A stretch of 34,961 nt of DNA, from assembly GCA_048884785.1 (NCBI GenBank), contig JBHLQM010000017.1, positions 18,284-53,244 on the forward strand, written 5' to 3'. The position numbers and the translations under genes are program-made. Below the pieces are notes generated by a model. That model saw only the letters and a program-made list of their open reading frames with translations, had not been told where the DNA came from and made no database searches. This DNA is from Candidatus Thorarchaeota archaeon (GTDB lineage: Archaea > Asgardarchaeota > Thorarchaeia > Thorarchaeales > Thorarchaeaceae). Shown here piece by piece: positions 1 to 8,784 of the stretch (position 1 is the first letter of the stretch; the number at the start of each line of letters is the position of its first letter).

Positions 1-109
1 TAATGAAAAACTCCTTTTTCGTATCTCGAATTCTTACTACCCTTGTAATATTTCCCTCGAATCCCTTTAGACTGCCTCTTCTCATTTCCCTATCCTTCTG
101 CATCATCAT
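1..109 (-). CDS. 5' part of a gene running off the left edge of the window (MMMQKDREMRRGSLKGFEGNITRVVRIRDTKKEFFI...), product unknown
   Basis: Manual translation of the minus strand: open from ATG at 109 (or 106/103/85) to the window edge. Not in the supplied ORF track. Confidence 0.45.
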   Translation of the reverse strand, partial: MMMQKDREMRRGSLKGFEGNITRVVRIRDTKKEFFI

Positions 110-273
110 CAGACAAATGGTAAGTAAGGAATCTGATTTGGTGCGAATTGACATTTGCAAATTTGGTAATAGGTTTTCACATTTAATCAATTCCAAATGC
201 AATATCTATAAATCAGAAAAGCACGGAATGCTCTGAAGATGTTGTTTTCAGTGCATGGAAATATGCTGTGCAG

Positions 274-726
274 CTAAGATGGATTTTCGAGCAGATTCTT
301 AAGAGAAGCACCCTCCTCCTTTATGTGTCTTTTAAGAGCTTCAATTTTGGCATATGCAAAGAATGATTCTGTGAATAATTTTGGAATCCTGAAATAGTTA
401 ATGGCTGTAAAGATACACTTGTTTCCACTTGATTCGAAGGAATATGCTCCCTTAGGATGGAATATCGAAAGCGGGAAGAATGGTTTACTTTCAGAGTATT
501 TGAATTTCTCAACCTTCGTTGTTTTCACTTTGATTTTGAACAATTTTCCATCAAGGATTTCCTCAAAGTATGCTACTGAGTCTACCTCATGGGGACGCCC
601 CTTGATCCACCTACATACAACATGGTCTTGTGGATGCCATGAAATATAATTGTCTTCAAGATTCTCGAAGAAATCCCACAGCTGATCAATGCTAGTTCTA
701 ATTTCAATCGAATCTTCAATTATCAT
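274..726 (-). CDS. SRPBCC/START-fold (polyketide cyclase-like) protein
   Basis: N-terminal IEDSIEIRTSIDQLWDFF...YISWHP and C-terminal helix HIKEEGASLKNLLE are typical of SRPBCC. Start moved from 759 to ATG at 726. Confidence 0.75.
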   Translation of the reverse strand: MIIEDSIEIRTSIDQLWDFFENLEDNYISWHPQDHVVCRWIKGRPHEVDSVAYFEEILDGKLFKIKVKTTKVEKFKYSESKPFFPLSIFHPKGAYSFESSGNKCIFTAINYFRIPKLFTESFFAYAKIEALKRHIKEEGASLKNLLENPS

Positions 727-985
727 CTCTTCAAAGAATTTCAAATAGAATCCTCGCATCTGTTTGTGAAGCTATCTAGTTAGACATAGAATTCAACCTA
801 TTGATGTTTCGCTTAATTTTGGATAAGAGGAATGATTTTCTTAATCAAGACGAAGAAATGTTTGTCTTGGTTCCACATACGATGTTATAATGAGTAGAAT
901 CAATTTTTCCAGGCATATCTATTCTTGTGCCATCATTGGCGGAAAACGATGATTCTTTAATCTGAAATCTCTGTGGATAGCTGAA

Positions 986-1480
986 ATGGAATTGATTAAG
1001 ATGGAGAAAAAACAGAGGAATAAGCTTACAGCATTGGTTCAAAGAATTCGTGCTGCCAGAAACGATCCATCAAAATTGAACGAACTCATAGAGAAATATG
1101 TCAGCGAGTATGGACGCGACGCCGACCAAATAGTCCTTGATATAATTGCCGAAGAAACCCGGCATGCTTGGTCAGAACTCGCCAAAGAGAGAGGAAGTAA
1201 TTCCATCGACGATCTGCTTGATACATTATGGAAATCATTTGGTACTGTAGGTGGTGAATACACCGTGAGACGCGTAGGTGGAAAGGTGCAGATCTACGCA
1301 ACTAAATGTCCAATGGCTGATACATACAGGAAGCTTGGGAAGGAAGAGTTTGGGCTTATGTTTCATTGTAGTACTGATCCACATATCGTGGCAGGTTTCA
1401 ATGAGAATATGAACTTTGAAATTTCCAGAACACTAATGGCTGGAGACGAGCATTGCAATCACTGCTATTCACTGAAGTGA
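986..1480 (+). CDS. L-2-amino-thiazoline-4-carboxylate (ATC) hydrolase-like family protein (V4R-related fold)
   Basis: Motifs TKCPMA, CSTD...GFN and RTLMAGDEHCNHCY. Confidence 0.75.
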   Translation: MELIKMEKKQRNKLTALVQRIRAARNDPSKLNELIEKYVSEYGRDADQIVLDIIAEETRHAWSELAKERGSNSIDDLLDTLWKSFGTVGGEYTVRRVGGKVQIYATKCPMADTYRKLGKEEFGLMFHCSTDPHIVAGFNENMNFEISRTLMAGDEHCNHCYSLK

Positions 1481-1519
1481 TGTATGAGGATTAAACAGAT
1501 TTCATGAGAGGTGAAGTTT

Positions 1520-2269
1520 TTACATCATTCCTCGATAGATCCCACCATCCGCCAGTAAGAGGGTACCGTGAATGTAGCTCGCTACTGGACTCAGAAGGAA
1601 GGAAGCGATTGCTCCGAACTCATGAGGTTCAGCGATTCTTCTAAGTGGTATGTGGTCGGTTATATTTGCGGCATCACCTATCGAGCCACTTTTTGCCTTT
1701 TGTGATGTATCAAAATTTCCAGGACATATAGCGTTGATTCTAATACCCTTTGGACCCAATTCATCAGCTAGAGTTCTCATCACTCCGATGACAGCTGTAC
1801 GCAACGAGTTGGCTAGAAGATGGTTTTTTGTGGGTTGCCTTACTGACGATGATGTGTTATAGAGGATTGATGGATTCGCAGATTTCTCTAGGAGAGGAAT
1901 CGCTTTACGAGTTATTCTGACCACACTCATAACAACAAGCTGGAAAGCTAGGTGCCACTCCTCGTCAGTCAAATCATTCAATGTGCCGGATTGCGGTCCT
2001 CTTGCATTGATGAAAACACCATCAAGCATACCTTCAGTTGACTCTATGCTTCTTAGTAGGAAATTCACATCCTCATTCTGTTGGATATCTGCAATAACAT
2101 ATCTAGCTCTCTTACCTAGCTTAGCAAGCGCTGCCTTCAATGATTCTTCTGTGCGCCCACAAATAACAACATATGCTCCTTCATTAGCAAGAGCTTGTGC
2201 AGTAGCAAAACCAAGACCCCGAGAAGCTCCAGTCACTAGAAACTTCTTTTCATTGAGACAAAGATCCAT
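1520..2269 (-). CDS. Short-chain dehydrogenase/reductase, atypical BKR-like subgroup
   Basis: TGASRGLG Rossmann motif, GIRINAICPG, IPLRRIAEPHEF, ASYIHG...DGG. Has ANSLR in place of YxxxK. Confidence 0.9.
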   Translation of the reverse strand: MDLCLNEKKFLVTGASRGLGFATAQALANEGAYVVICGRTEESLKAALAKLGKRARYVIADIQQNEDVNFLLRSIESTEGMLDGVFINARGPQSGTLNDLTDEEWHLAFQLVVMSVVRITRKAIPLLEKSANPSILYNTSSSVRQPTKNHLLANSLRTAVIGVMRTLADELGPKGIRINAICPGNFDTSQKAKSGSIGDAANITDHIPLRRIAEPHEFGAIASFLLSPVASYIHGTLLLADGGIYRGMM

Positions 2270-2333
2270 TTAGATTGCCCTGACGGAGGCTTTTCTAGTT
2301 ACATTTGACTTAATCTATTAGCGCCAACCTTTG

Positions 2334-2702
2334 CTATTTCTTTCTTGATTCATAGTCTTCAATTGCCTTGTGAAGAGCATCAGCCGCAAGGTTGGAGCAA
2401 TGCATCTTCTGAGGAGGCAGTCCATCCAATGCATCGGCAACTTCTCCTCGTGTGAGTTTCTTCGCTTCTTCAATGGTTTTACCGATTGCCATTTGCGTAG
2501 TCATAGAGGAAGTAGCGATGGCTGCAACACAACCGAATGTTTCCACCTTAGCATCAACAATAACATTGTCTTTGACTCTAATGTAGAGCCTGAGCATGTC
2601 CCCGCAGACAGGATTTCCTACCTCTCCGACTCCATCTGGATTCTCCATAGTCCCCATATTCCGCGGGTTCTGGAAGTTCTCTCTCACCTTCTCAGAGTAC
2701 AT
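2334..2702 (-). CDS. iscU: Fe-S cluster scaffold IscU/NifU-N (MisU-type)
   Basis: YSEKV..NPRNMG, GNPVCGD, FGCVAAIA and LPPQKMHCS; all three Cys ligands present. Confidence 0.97.
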   Translation of the reverse strand: MYSEKVRENFQNPRNMGTMENPDGVGEVGNPVCGDMLRLYIRVKDNVIVDAKVETFGCVAAIATSSMTTQMAIGKTIEEAKKLTRGEVADALDGLPPQKMHCSNLAADALHKAIEDYESRKK

Positions 2703-2911
2703 TCATTGTGCCTCACAAGAAACCGCGTAGGTTCCTCTTTAGGACTTTTCCTTTCCGACACAACAAGTTTACGACAATCACCCGCGAAAATTGGATTTTC
2801 GACTATATCCTTACTATCGGTTTTCTCCATAGTCCTCATATTCCATGGGTCTGAAGATTCTGCTTCGAATACTTTATTCTCGATTGCAAGTGGCAATGAA
2901 TTGACAGTCAT
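2684..2911 (-). pseudogene. Degenerate partial duplicate of the iscU 5' end, still an open 75-codon frame
   Basis: DPWNMRTMEKTDSKDIVENPIFAGDCRKLVV aligns to IscU NPRNMGTMENPDGVGEVGNPVC-GDMLRLYI. DNA 2823-2844 matches 2641-2662 at 21/22 nt. Confidence 0.7.
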
Positions 2912-2932
2912 CGATGGTATTATGCTGCAAGG

Positions 2933-4147
2933 CTACCATTCTTCCTCAGGAATATCATGATGATGGTCATCCTCCCCCTCGGGATTGGCAAAGTAGCGTC
3001 CATGCCTGATGGGACTGAACTCACGTAGCCTCTCAACTCCTGGCACTAGCGCATCAATGAAGGCATCGATTTCTTCTTTCGTGTTATGTCGAGAGAAGGA
3101 AACTCTAAGAGACCCATGTGATACTTCGGGAGGAAGTCCAATCGCCTTCAGCACATGGCTTCCTTGCAGAGTTTTCGAAGAACATGCTGAGCCTGTTGAT
3201 ACTGAGAACCCAGCCATATCAAGCTGAACAAGCATTGACTCTCCTTCGATATATTGAACTAGCATACTGAAAAGCCCTGGAATTCGTTTGTCTTGATGTC
3301 CCGTGAAGCTGATATCTGTAAGGCTTTCTTGAAGCCGTTTCTTGAGGTACACGCATAGTTGTTGAAGATGATTGACATCACTGGTGCTCCATATCTGGAC
3401 GGCTCTAGCAAACCCTACAATAGCAGGAATATTCTCTACTCCGGGTCGCAACCGTCTCTCTTCATCTCCTCCCTCATGCAATCGATCTATTTTAGTACCA
3501 CGCCTAATGAAGAGCGCTCCAACGCCTTTCGGTCCATGAATATGATGCGCGTCTATGGTTACAAGGTCAACCGGCATCTTCTCAGTATCAATTGGAATTT
3601 TCATGTAGGTCTGAGTCGCATCAGTATGAAATATCACATCAGCTTCTTTTGTGATTTGAGCAATCTCCTCAATAGGTTGCAGTGTACCTATCTCCGCATT
3701 GCCATGCTGGACTGAAACAAGAACTGTGTCCTTTCGGATCATGCTTTTTAGCTGCTTTAGACTAATCAATCCAAACTCATCGACGTCCAAGAATGAGATT
3801 TCATATTCAGCATCCCTCAGTCTTTCACAGGATTTTAGAACAGACTGGGTCTCTATTGGAGTTGTAATTATATGCTTGCCGCTCTTCTTGTTTGCTCGAG
3901 CCACTCCCCTAGTTGCAAGGTTGTTTGATTCCGTATCACCAGAGGTGAAAATGATAGTTCTTGGATCTGCATTCAATGAATTTGCTATGATCTTTCTGGC
4001 ATTTTCAAGTCCAGTAGCTGCGCTGACATCTTGTGAGTGACTTAATTCTAGTCCTGCTGTTCCATACCATTCCCTGTAGTATGGTAACATGGCCTCAATA
4101 ACTCGCTCATCTACTTTTGTTGAATTCGCATTATCAAAGTATGCCAT
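2933..4147 (-). CDS. iscS: IscS/NifS-family cysteine desulfurase homolog lacking the PLP Schiff-base lysine
   Basis: IIFTSGDTESNN, FHTDATQ, HGPKGVGAL, STGSACSS and GSLRVSF, adjacent to iscU. Canonical SxHK reads DAHH. Confidence 0.93.
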   Translation of the reverse strand: MAYFDNANSTKVDERVIEAMLPYYREWYGTAGLELSHSQDVSAATGLENARKIIANSLNADPRTIIFTSGDTESNNLATRGVARANKKSGKHIITTPIETQSVLKSCERLRDAEYEISFLDVDEFGLISLKQLKSMIRKDTVLVSVQHGNAEIGTLQPIEEIAQITKEADVIFHTDATQTYMKIPIDTEKMPVDLVTIDAHHIHGPKGVGALFIRRGTKIDRLHEGGDEERRLRPGVENIPAIVGFARAVQIWSTSDVNHLQQLCVYLKKRLQESLTDISFTGHQDKRIPGLFSMLVQYIEGESMLVQLDMAGFSVSTGSACSSKTLQGSHVLKAIGLPPEVSHGSLRVSFSRHNTKEEIDAFIDALVPGVERLREFSPIRHGRYFANPEGEDDHHHDIPEEEW

Positions 4148-4152
4148 TCTGC

Positions 4153-4545
4153 TCAGTCCTTACATGCCGAACATTCCTTTTCAACATGTGCGCAGTATTC
4201 TCGATGAACATCGCAGAGCGTTCCTTTATCTCTGAGTACCTCTATGATCCTGTTTATCTCTCTGGTCATTATTTCATAGACCCAATCTCCCTCGTCACGT
4301 TCCTCCCAAGCTCTCAGGATGACTTCGGCTGATTTCTTTAGCTCTGGAAGCATGTCTTTGGGTATTTCGACCTGATCTCCACGGGACCTCTTCGATTTGT
4401 TAAGTTTGTACTGGGTGACGGCAGGCTCTGTTACTCCCAACATCTGAGCAATCTGCTTTTGTGGAATCTCCTTGCCAATCATGACCCGTGCCAGTTCCCT
4501 TCTTATTGCAGGGAGTACGTACCAAACTTCCACTTCCTGTGGCAT
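4153..4545 (-). CDS. Archaeal XRE-like HTH transcriptional regulator (COG2522-like) with C-terminal Cys/His cluster
   Basis: MPQEVEVWYVLPAIRRELA, QKQIAQMLGVTEPAVTQY (HTH), KRSRG, and C-terminal CDVH..C..CSAC. Start moved from 4674 to ATG at 4545. Confidence 0.85.
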   Translation of the reverse strand: MPQEVEVWYVLPAIRRELARVMIGKEIPQKQIAQMLGVTEPAVTQYKLNKSKRSRGDQVEIPKDMLPELKKSAEVILRAWEERDEGDWVYEIMTREINRIIEVLRDKGTLCDVHREYCAHVEKECSACKD

Positions 4546-4614
4546 TAACCAAGTTCTTCTCTTGCTTCTCTTTGTTTTACTATCTCCAGCTGACACGGTT
4601 CGACCCTCGGGTTG

Positions 4615-4657
4615 ACAATAGTTATTGTTTAACATAGTTAAGAACGGTGCATATAAG
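4615..4657 (-). promoter_or_regulatory. Putative promoter/operator of the HTH-iscS-iscU operon
   Basis: Abutting palindromes ACAATA-GT-TATTGT (4615-4628) and TTAAC-ATA-GTTAA (4629-4641), just downstream of a minus-strand TTATAT box (~4651-4657). Confidence 0.5.
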
Positions 4658-4728
4658 GCTGACGGCGCAGACATTGATTCAACCGCAATTATTGAGCGGT
4701 GTGCTTCCGCATTTGGGTGAGAGATTCA

Positions 4729-5466
4729 ATGATAGAACACACATCCGTTCTAAAAGCCGCAGAAATCATACTTTCATCTGACTACCTAATTGCTCTTACT
4801 GGTGCTGGAATTTCAAGCGAATCAGGTGTTCCCACTTTCAGAGGAGCTGATGGTCTATGGAGGAATTATGATGCAATGCAACTGGCAACTCCGGAAGCAT
4901 TTAGAAAAGATCCAAAGCTGGTTTGGGAATGGTATTCTTGGAGACAAGGATTGATACTCGGATGTGAACCGAACTTAGCACATCTTACACTAGCAAAATG
5001 GGAAGCCAAGAACGTGCTGCGGGGGCTTATTACCCAAAATGTTGACAATCTGCATTCAAGGGCTGGTTCGAAGAACATCATTCAGGTGCATGGTAGTATT
5101 TTCAAATTAAAATGCACTGAATGCGAATTCAAGGGCGACTTGACTGCTCCACCCAAAGACATTCCATTGTGCTCTGCATGTGGTTCATATTTGAGACCTG
5201 ATGTAGTTTGGTTTGGCGAGAACCTTGACTATCACATAATGAGTCAAACATACAAGGAGCTAGACCAAGCTGACACAATCCTTGTAATCGGAACATCAGG
5301 AATCGTTCAGCCTGCCGCTTCATTTCCACTAATAGTTAGGCAACATGGCGGAAAAATAATAGACATCAATATTGAGCCCACATCGATAAGCAATTTTGCT
5401 GAGGTTTATATCACTGGGAAAGCAAGCGAAGTTCTTCGAGAGATTGACCTAGCTCTTGATTTATGA
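4729..5466 (+). CDS. cobB: Sir2-family NAD-dependent protein deacylase (class III, CobB-like)
   Basis: TGAGISSESGVPTFRG, TQNVDNLH, HGS, two CxxC Zn motifs, RPDVVWFGE and GTSG..PAA. YxxR (YSWR) suggests desuccinylase-type specificity. Start likely ATG 4729. Confidence 0.95.
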   Translation: MIEHTSVLKAAEIILSSDYLIALTGAGISSESGVPTFRGADGLWRNYDAMQLATPEAFRKDPKLVWEWYSWRQGLILGCEPNLAHLTLAKWEAKNVLRGLITQNVDNLHSRAGSKNIIQVHGSIFKLKCTECEFKGDLTAPPKDIPLCSACGSYLRPDVVWFGENLDYHIMSQTYKELDQADTILVIGTSGIVQPAASFPLIVRQHGGKIIDINIEPTSISNFAEVYITGKASEVLREIDLALDL

Positions 5467-5526
5467 ATGTCACCTCGGCAAGAGATAAATGTCAGGATAA
5501 CGCGACAAAAGGGGATGAGCTCCGCC

Positions 5527-6525
5527 ATGAGAATTCTTATCACAGGAATAACCGGTTTCATTGGACGGAAACTAGCAGCGCGTCTTGTAGAATCCGGATA
5601 CGAGATAGTGGGGTTGATTCGATCCACAAGCAATACCGCAGGTCTACCTCAAGGCATTGATTTTAGAGACGCGGATTTGCTATCCGTTGAAACCCTTGAA
5701 CCTGCTGTTAAAGGCGTTGATGTTGTCATCCATTTGGCCGCATATTTTGATTTCTATCCTTCCGATGTCGGCTTGCTATATCGTACTAATGTTGAAGGTA
5801 CTAGGAATCTCATGAATGCTTGCGTAGGAACTAAGGTGAAGCGCTTTATTTATTGCTCAACAACAGAGGTTATTGGACCAGTGACATATCCTCCAGGGAC
5901 TGAGAATACAGAGTTGCTGCCACAATTTGACTATTCTAAAAGTAAGAAGATGGCTGAGGAAATAATTCGAGAAATCACAGAAGATACCAATCTTCCGCAC
6001 ATAATTTTGCGTCCAACTGGGATTCTTGGAGAAGGTGACACATATACAATCGTTGAGCTACTTGAAACATTAAACAAAGGCCAAATCCCAATAATACCTG
6101 GAGATGGTAACAAACACATCATGTATACTCACATAGATGATGTTGTAGATGCATTTGTAGCTGCTATTTCATCAGCTTCTGCTTTGAATAACACCATAAT
6201 CATCTGTCCAGATAAACCGATGAGCTATAATGAAGTGTTCTCATTCTTGGGAGAATCCTTAGGTGTAAAAGCTCCTACACGAAGAGTACCAATTAGTCTT
6301 GCCAAAGCTGGAATTGGATTGATGAGTCCAATCAAAAACCGACGTCATACAACTTTTCTATGGCATATGAAGACAATACAGAGTTTGGATGAAGAAAGAT
6401 GGTACTCGAATGAGAAGGCCAGAAAACTTCTCGGTTGGTATCCGAAAATCACAATTCAGCAGGGACTCATTCGACAAATTGAATGGGCCTGGAAAGAGGG
6501 GCTCCTAGAAAAAAAGAAGGTATAG
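5527..6525 (+). CDS. NAD-dependent epimerase/dehydratase (extended SDR, 3-beta-HSD-like)
   Basis: ITGITGFIG, VIHLAA, NVEGT and YSKSK. Start probably MRILITG at 5527 (ORF extends to 5467). Confidence 0.92.
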   Translation: MRILITGITGFIGRKLAARLVESGYEIVGLIRSTSNTAGLPQGIDFRDADLLSVETLEPAVKGVDVVIHLAAYFDFYPSDVGLLYRTNVEGTRNLMNACVGTKVKRFIYCSTTEVIGPVTYPPGTENTELLPQFDYSKSKKMAEEIIREITEDTNLPHIILRPTGILGEGDTYTIVELLETLNKGQIPIIPGDGNKHIMYTHIDDVVDAFVAAISSASALNNTIIICPDKPMSYNEVFSFLGESLGVKAPTRRVPISLAKAGIGLMSPIKNRRHTTFLWHMKTIQSLDEERWYSNEKARKLLGWYPKITIQQGLIRQIEWAWKEGLLEKKKV

Positions 6526-6529
6526 AACC

Positions 6530-8155
6530 ATGGACCCGATGCTTGGTTTTTTGCTAATAATTGCACCAATCATACTTGCAGTGATACTTCTGATAGCTCT
6601 CCATAAAGCAGCTGATACAACTGGTGTGATTGTGTGGCTTGTAACTGTTCTTATAGCAGTCTTTGCTTTCCAGACTGATATAGGCGTAGTCTTGATTGCC
6701 AGCATTGTAGGGATAGTGCGTTCTTTTCCAATATCACTGATGGTTGCCACATCAATCCTCATGATGACCTATATGCAAGAAACTGGAGCCTTGGGACGGC
6801 TAATTGTTTTCTTCAAAACCCTTGGAGGTGGAAGTCGACCTATGCAAATAATGCTGATTAGCCTTGGATTGGGTCTTTTCCTAGTAGGAATTGGGGCAAC
6901 ACCAGTTTCTATGCTTCCGCCTGTTATGCTGGCACTCGGGTTTTCTCCTCTGGTGGCTGTAGCCCTTCCCTCAATTGGATATGATCCGCTAACAACATAT
7001 GCGCTTTTGGGAGTACCTGCCCAAGTCTTCACTGATGTATATTCATCGGTTTCAGGGAGTCCCATTGAACTATGGTTTGCTGGATCCGTATTTGCATCTT
7101 TTATGCCAGTTGTATCTATTGGAATTGCAGTTGCAATGCTTTGGATTGCAGGTGGGAAGAAGCTTCTCCTAAACAGGGAAGGTCTCTTTTTGGCAATTAT
7201 TGCTGGAGGCACTGCAGGGATTACTGCAATAATATGCAACCTTGAAGTTGTTAATTTGACTAGACTTACAAACGTAGTTGCTGGAGCTGCGGTACTGGCT
7301 GTTCTTTATGTGTACAACAAACTCTCCAAGAAACCATTTCTAGACCGAACACAGTTGAGTGGCAATGATCATGAAACCGAGAAATCTATGAGCCTTATTC
7401 GCGCTAGCATTCCCTGGGTAGTTCTTGTCATCCTCTCTCTGGTAACGACACTAATAGATCCAATTAGGCAATTGCTTGCAGTTCAGCTAGATTTAGCAAT
7501 TAACTTTGGCCAGTATCAGGGTGCTGACCTTGGAATTAGAAATCTTACAATCAGCACCAAATTCCTCTGGCAGGCATATACGTTGATGCTTATTGCTACG
7601 CTAGTATCAATGCCCTTCTTCAGAAATGACAAACAAGTCTTAAAGAACACTTTCAACAAATTTCTCAAGCGGGCTCCGCGTCCAGTTTTGGCAGCAGCCA
7701 TATTCTTTGCGATGGCTGAAGTAATGAACTTCAGTGGCTTTGTTCCAGACTTAGGGGGAATCTGGGTGTTTCCGGTTGATCCGACAAACAATATGGTCTA
7801 TCTGCTTGCGTCTCTCACATCGGCATCTCTCGGAATGGCGTACCCCCTCACAGCTGCTTTTCTTGGTCTTCTGGCCGGATTTATTTCCGGGTCGGAAACT
7901 TCGGCTATTGCAATGTTTACAAACTATCATTATCAGGCTAGCACTGCGATTGGAGCAAATGCAATCGTCGTGGCTGCGTCTAATGGAATAGGTGGGGGTC
8001 TTGCAAGTGTTCTTAGCCCTGCCAAAATACAGAATGCCGCAGCAGTGATTGATCAGATTGGTATTGAAGGACAGGTCATCAAATATGGTGCTGTTGTAGC
8101 TCTATTAATGACGCTTTCGACCGCGATGTTGACCATGATATGGGCCTTTGGATGA
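6530..8155 (+). CDS. lctP: L-lactate permease family transporter
   Basis: Polytopic membrane protein with the LctP signatures GFISGSETSAIAMF and GGGLASVLSPAKIQNAAA. Confidence 0.85.
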   Translation: MDPMLGFLLIIAPIILAVILLIALHKAADTTGVIVWLVTVLIAVFAFQTDIGVVLIASIVGIVRSFPISLMVATSILMMTYMQETGALGRLIVFFKTLGGGSRPMQIMLISLGLGLFLVGIGATPVSMLPPVMLALGFSPLVAVALPSIGYDPLTTYALLGVPAQVFTDVYSSVSGSPIELWFAGSVFASFMPVVSIGIAVAMLWIAGGKKLLLNREGLFLAIIAGGTAGITAIICNLEVVNLTRLTNVVAGAAVLAVLYVYNKLSKKPFLDRTQLSGNDHETEKSMSLIRASIPWVVLVILSLVTTLIDPIRQLLAVQLDLAINFGQYQGADLGIRNLTISTKFLWQAYTLMLIATLVSMPFFRNDKQVLKNTFNKFLKRAPRPVLAAAIFFAMAEVMNFSGFVPDLGGIWVFPVDPTNNMVYLLASLTSASLGMAYPLTAAFLGLLAGFISGSETSAIAMFTNYHYQASTAIGANAIVVAASNGIGGGLASVLSPAKIQNAAAVIDQIGIEGQVIKYGAVVALLMTLSTAMLTMIWAFG

Positions 8156-8228
8156 CAACTTGATATCTGGTACTTTCTTCATTAGAAAATCGGAAAAGAC
8201 CAGCCCTTTCTGCATCGGAAAGCCATAT

Positions 8229-8263
8229 CAATTAGATATACAATAATATATATCATCTAATTG
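8229..8263. promoter_or_regulatory. 9-17-9 inverted repeat upstream of the 8275 gene, candidate operator
   Basis: CAATTAGAT (8229-8237) and ATCTAATTG (8255-8263) flank an AT-rich spacer; the right arm abuts the SD-like GGAGGT. Confidence 0.4.
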
Positions 8264-8274
8264 GAGGTATTCGC

Positions 8275-8706
8275 TTGACTAACCACGCAAAAGAAAATGC
8301 CGTGCAACATGCAAAAATCATGGCCATGATCTATGTGGCGCTCTCTCTCTTCATGGCGCTTCTCTACTTCGCGTCTGGATGGATATCTACAGGAACAATT
8401 GATATGAGAACTAGGGCATTCACTCTCGGATTCGTCGCTGCACTCATGCTGGCTCTTGTTGGGTTTCAGATGTTGAAGTGTCTATTTCATTCAGGACTAA
8501 ATCCTGTGACAATATCACTTTTCGGTATCCTGAATGTGCTCTTCATTGCTATGCAGCTTGCAGTTCTTGCAGACTTTACAGTGCCAGATAGTCCAGAATT
8601 ACCTATTACGTTGGTTGTTTTTTATCTCATGTTGGCTTCGATTGGTATTATTGTTCTTATTCTTTGGATGGCATGGAGTTGGATGAAAGAGAGAAGGGCT
8701 CCCTAG
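8275..8706 (+). CDS. Hypothetical membrane protein, about 4 TM helices
   Basis: Four hydrophobic segments; TTG start preceded by GGAGGT. Confidence 0.7.
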   Translation: MTNHAKENAVQHAKIMAMIYVALSLFMALLYFASGWISTGTIDMRTRAFTLGFVAALMLALVGFQMLKCLFHSGLNPVTISLFGILNVLFIAMQLAVLADFTVPDSPELPITLVVFYLMLASIGIIVLILWMAWSWMKERRAP

Positions 8707-8784
8707 GATTTACAGATTCCTACGCACCAGTCAAACGCCAAAACACACGCAAGTATATCAGGGACCCAGTTTCAGTTTTCATCC

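Noticed and set aside
845-1042. Minus-strand ORF with ESSFSANDGTRI resembling an alpha/beta-hydrolase N-terminus, plus imperfect stems at ~896-956
   Set aside because: The similarity is too short and the stems too imperfect to support a pseudogene or RNA call.
1520-2269. SDR lacking the catalytic YxxxK as a novel pseudo-enzyme
   Set aside because: The xNxxR pattern is typical of an established atypical BKR-like SDR subgroup, so it is not unusual.
2684-2911. TusA/SirA sulfur carrier between iscS and iscU
   Set aside because: No CPxP motif in the ORF; the sequence is better explained as an iscU duplicate.
2370-2960. 196-aa plus-strand ORF and the many other short antisense or nested ORFs in the track
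   Set aside because: They overlap well-supported genes on the other strand or frame and have no recognisable motifs, so they are treated as shadow ORFs.
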